Shown here in pieces: positions 62,063-64,000 of a stretch of DNA of 64,000 bases. This DNA is from Salpingoeca rosetta. Taxonomy: Eukaryota > Protista > Choanoflagellata. Made by a program: the position numbers and the translations under genes. The notes under the pieces are model-generated. The model was not told the DNA's origin. It made no database searches and worked only from the letters and a program-made list of their open reading frames with translations. The stretch lies in contig JAWQFM010000035.1 in NCBI GenBank assembly GCA_033442325.1, forward strand, positions 656,421 through 720,420, in the 5' to 3' direction. Numbering within the stretch: position 1 is the first letter of the stretch; every line of letters begins with the position of its first letter.

Positions 62063-62791
62063 GAAGGAGAGAGACACAGAGAGGGCAGTTGTAACCTTTG
62101 TGTACGTGTGTGTGTTTGTTGTTTGTTTGTTTGTTTGTTGGGTGACTTGCGTTGCAACACGTCATGCGACACCAATGTGACTCTTTTGCTTACGGCATGA
62201 CCTTCTCATCCGCCACTCACCCATCAATCACCAGGCCATCTCCACGGTGTGTGCGAGTGTGTCGAGCATTCCGTTCACATATGTTCTGGACATCTACAAC
62301 GCCATTCTCGCGTGAGTTGCTGCGGATGTGGCATGAAGAGAGACCTCATTCACGGCATCGCTATTCCCCTTGCTGCCCCCCCCCACACACATCACGCATG
62401 GTCCTTCTCACGCTATGGCTTAGTCCTCCTCTCGATCCAACACCACACCACACGCACACGTCACTGCTCTGCCGCACGCCATGACATGATTCCGCATGAC
62501 AAAACAACGTAATCCACCAAACCAACCCCTCCTAACCCTCTTTCATCATCACCACACCCCATCTCATCTCCAGGCACCTGCGCAAGCCGCTGCCTAATGC
62601 GACGGCTGCGGATGCGCAGCTGCTGGAGGACTCAATCGTGGCCGCGTGTGCGGACGTTGCGTCCACTCTTCCGCCGATGCAGAAGACGGAGATCCTGATC
62701 ACCATCTTCACCAAGGTGGCGACGACACACGAGGCCAAGGCCAAGCACCAGCTCATCGAGTGCGCACGCGGCGCCGCCAACACCCTGGAGG

Positions 62792-62858
<67 letters not shown>

Positions 62859-63912
62859 GATTGTGGTGAAGAGCGCGGGGGGATTGTGCGTGTATGTGTG
62901 TGCATGTGTATGTGTGTGTATGTGTATGTGTGTACATGTGTATGTGTGTGTGTGTATTGCGTGTACAACTCGCTCTTCAGTACCCAAGCCCTTCACTTAA
63001 CTACCTAACCATCACCGCCCATCATCACCCTCACCGCCTTCATGGCGATCAGGTACAATCGTTGTCGTCTGCGCTGCCAGATGCGCTGCTGAAACCACTC
63101 CTACAGACCACCATCCACTCCGACGAAGGTGCTGTCCATCATGATGGTGGGGATTGGTGACGACGCTGATGACGGTGGTGGTTCCATGTTTTATCGTGCA
63201 TTGTGACGCATATGACGCGCGACATGTGTGTATTCTCACCACCTCCAATTGCATGATTGCAATGATGATTGACGTGTGTGCAGATGTACAGACGTCCTCC
63301 ACCGCTCTCCTCTTTGATCTCCTCCAGTGCCCGCTCGGTTCGTCACTCCCCCACCTGCATACACGTACACGCGCACGTTGTACACACGCACTTGTCATGC
63401 ATGCGTGCTCGCTTCCTTGCGTGCTCTATTGTGTGCACACACGCCTTCATGCTTTCGTCCCCTCCCCCACAACACCGGCATCTCACCTGCCACCATCTTC
63501 ATCGCCCATCAACACCCAACCCCAAACCCCACGCAACAAACCACCACCATCGCCATCACCACTACCATCATCATCACCATCACCACCATCATCACCACCA
63601 CCACCAGAGGTGTCGCCCTCGCACGCCATCACGACGTCATCGCTCTCTGCGCAGCGATCAAATGACTCCCGCCGATCGGACGAGACGACGCTGACGGCGA
63701 CCACCACAGCGACAGCCACTGGACGCAGCCCAACCCGTCTCCAGCGAAAGTGAGGCGTGTGTGTGTGTGTATGTGTATGTGTGTGTGTGGTGGGGGGGGG
63801 GAGTCGAGTGCCCGTGCGGTGTTGTTGCTGTCATGTGCTGCATGCATGCATGGCTTTGTGGGACGTGCTGCAATTGCACTTGTGGCCCACCGTGTGGCAG
63901 TGGCACGCACAC

Positions 63913-63997
<85 letters not shown>

Positions 63998-64000
63998 AGA
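59073..64000 (+). CDS. EFR3: EFR3 homolog (plasma-membrane PI4KA scaffold), partial; continues past the window
   Basis: MSSCFQC (Cys-rich N-terminus)..RRVDRVFP/..LSWYCLSHARKLPKISRYLARRI/..FDELIRKCH/..FERFAGIDADTPVYRH..FIRVFSSLC/..VRMSGLRGLAAIVEK. This aligns by eye with the EFR3 N-terminal repeats. Confidence 0.88.

Overview
Eukaryotic, intron-rich genomic DNA whose introns are packed with (CA)/(TG), (CAT) and (GTT) microsatellites. Composition and gene content resemble a choanoflagellate such as Salpingoeca rosetta (inference). Most ORF-track entries are microsatellite artefacts. Splicing exons by hand gives about 15 genes: two tandem CYP4-like P450s (one with an in-frame TAA, the other with no convincing membrane-anchor exon), a GBP/atlastin-family GTPase with signal peptide and C-terminal TM, annexin A7/A11-like, RPB4, a PXA-PX-PXC sorting nexin, prenylcysteine oxidase, cortactin, an AIMP3/EEF1E1-like GST-fold protein, an essentially intronless island (three paralogous secreted proteins with a cubilin-like N-terminal module plus L-domain/LRR repeats, and one F-box-like/LRR gene), a bubblegum-type acyl-CoA synthetase fused to an SH2 domain, a tail-anchored EF-hand protein and EFR3. 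Best leads: the acyl-CoA synthetase-SH2 fusion, the cubilin-like/L-domain secreted family, the apparently lumenal or extracellular GBP, and the complementary defects of the P450 pair. Exon boundaries were inferred by eye and may be off by a few bases.
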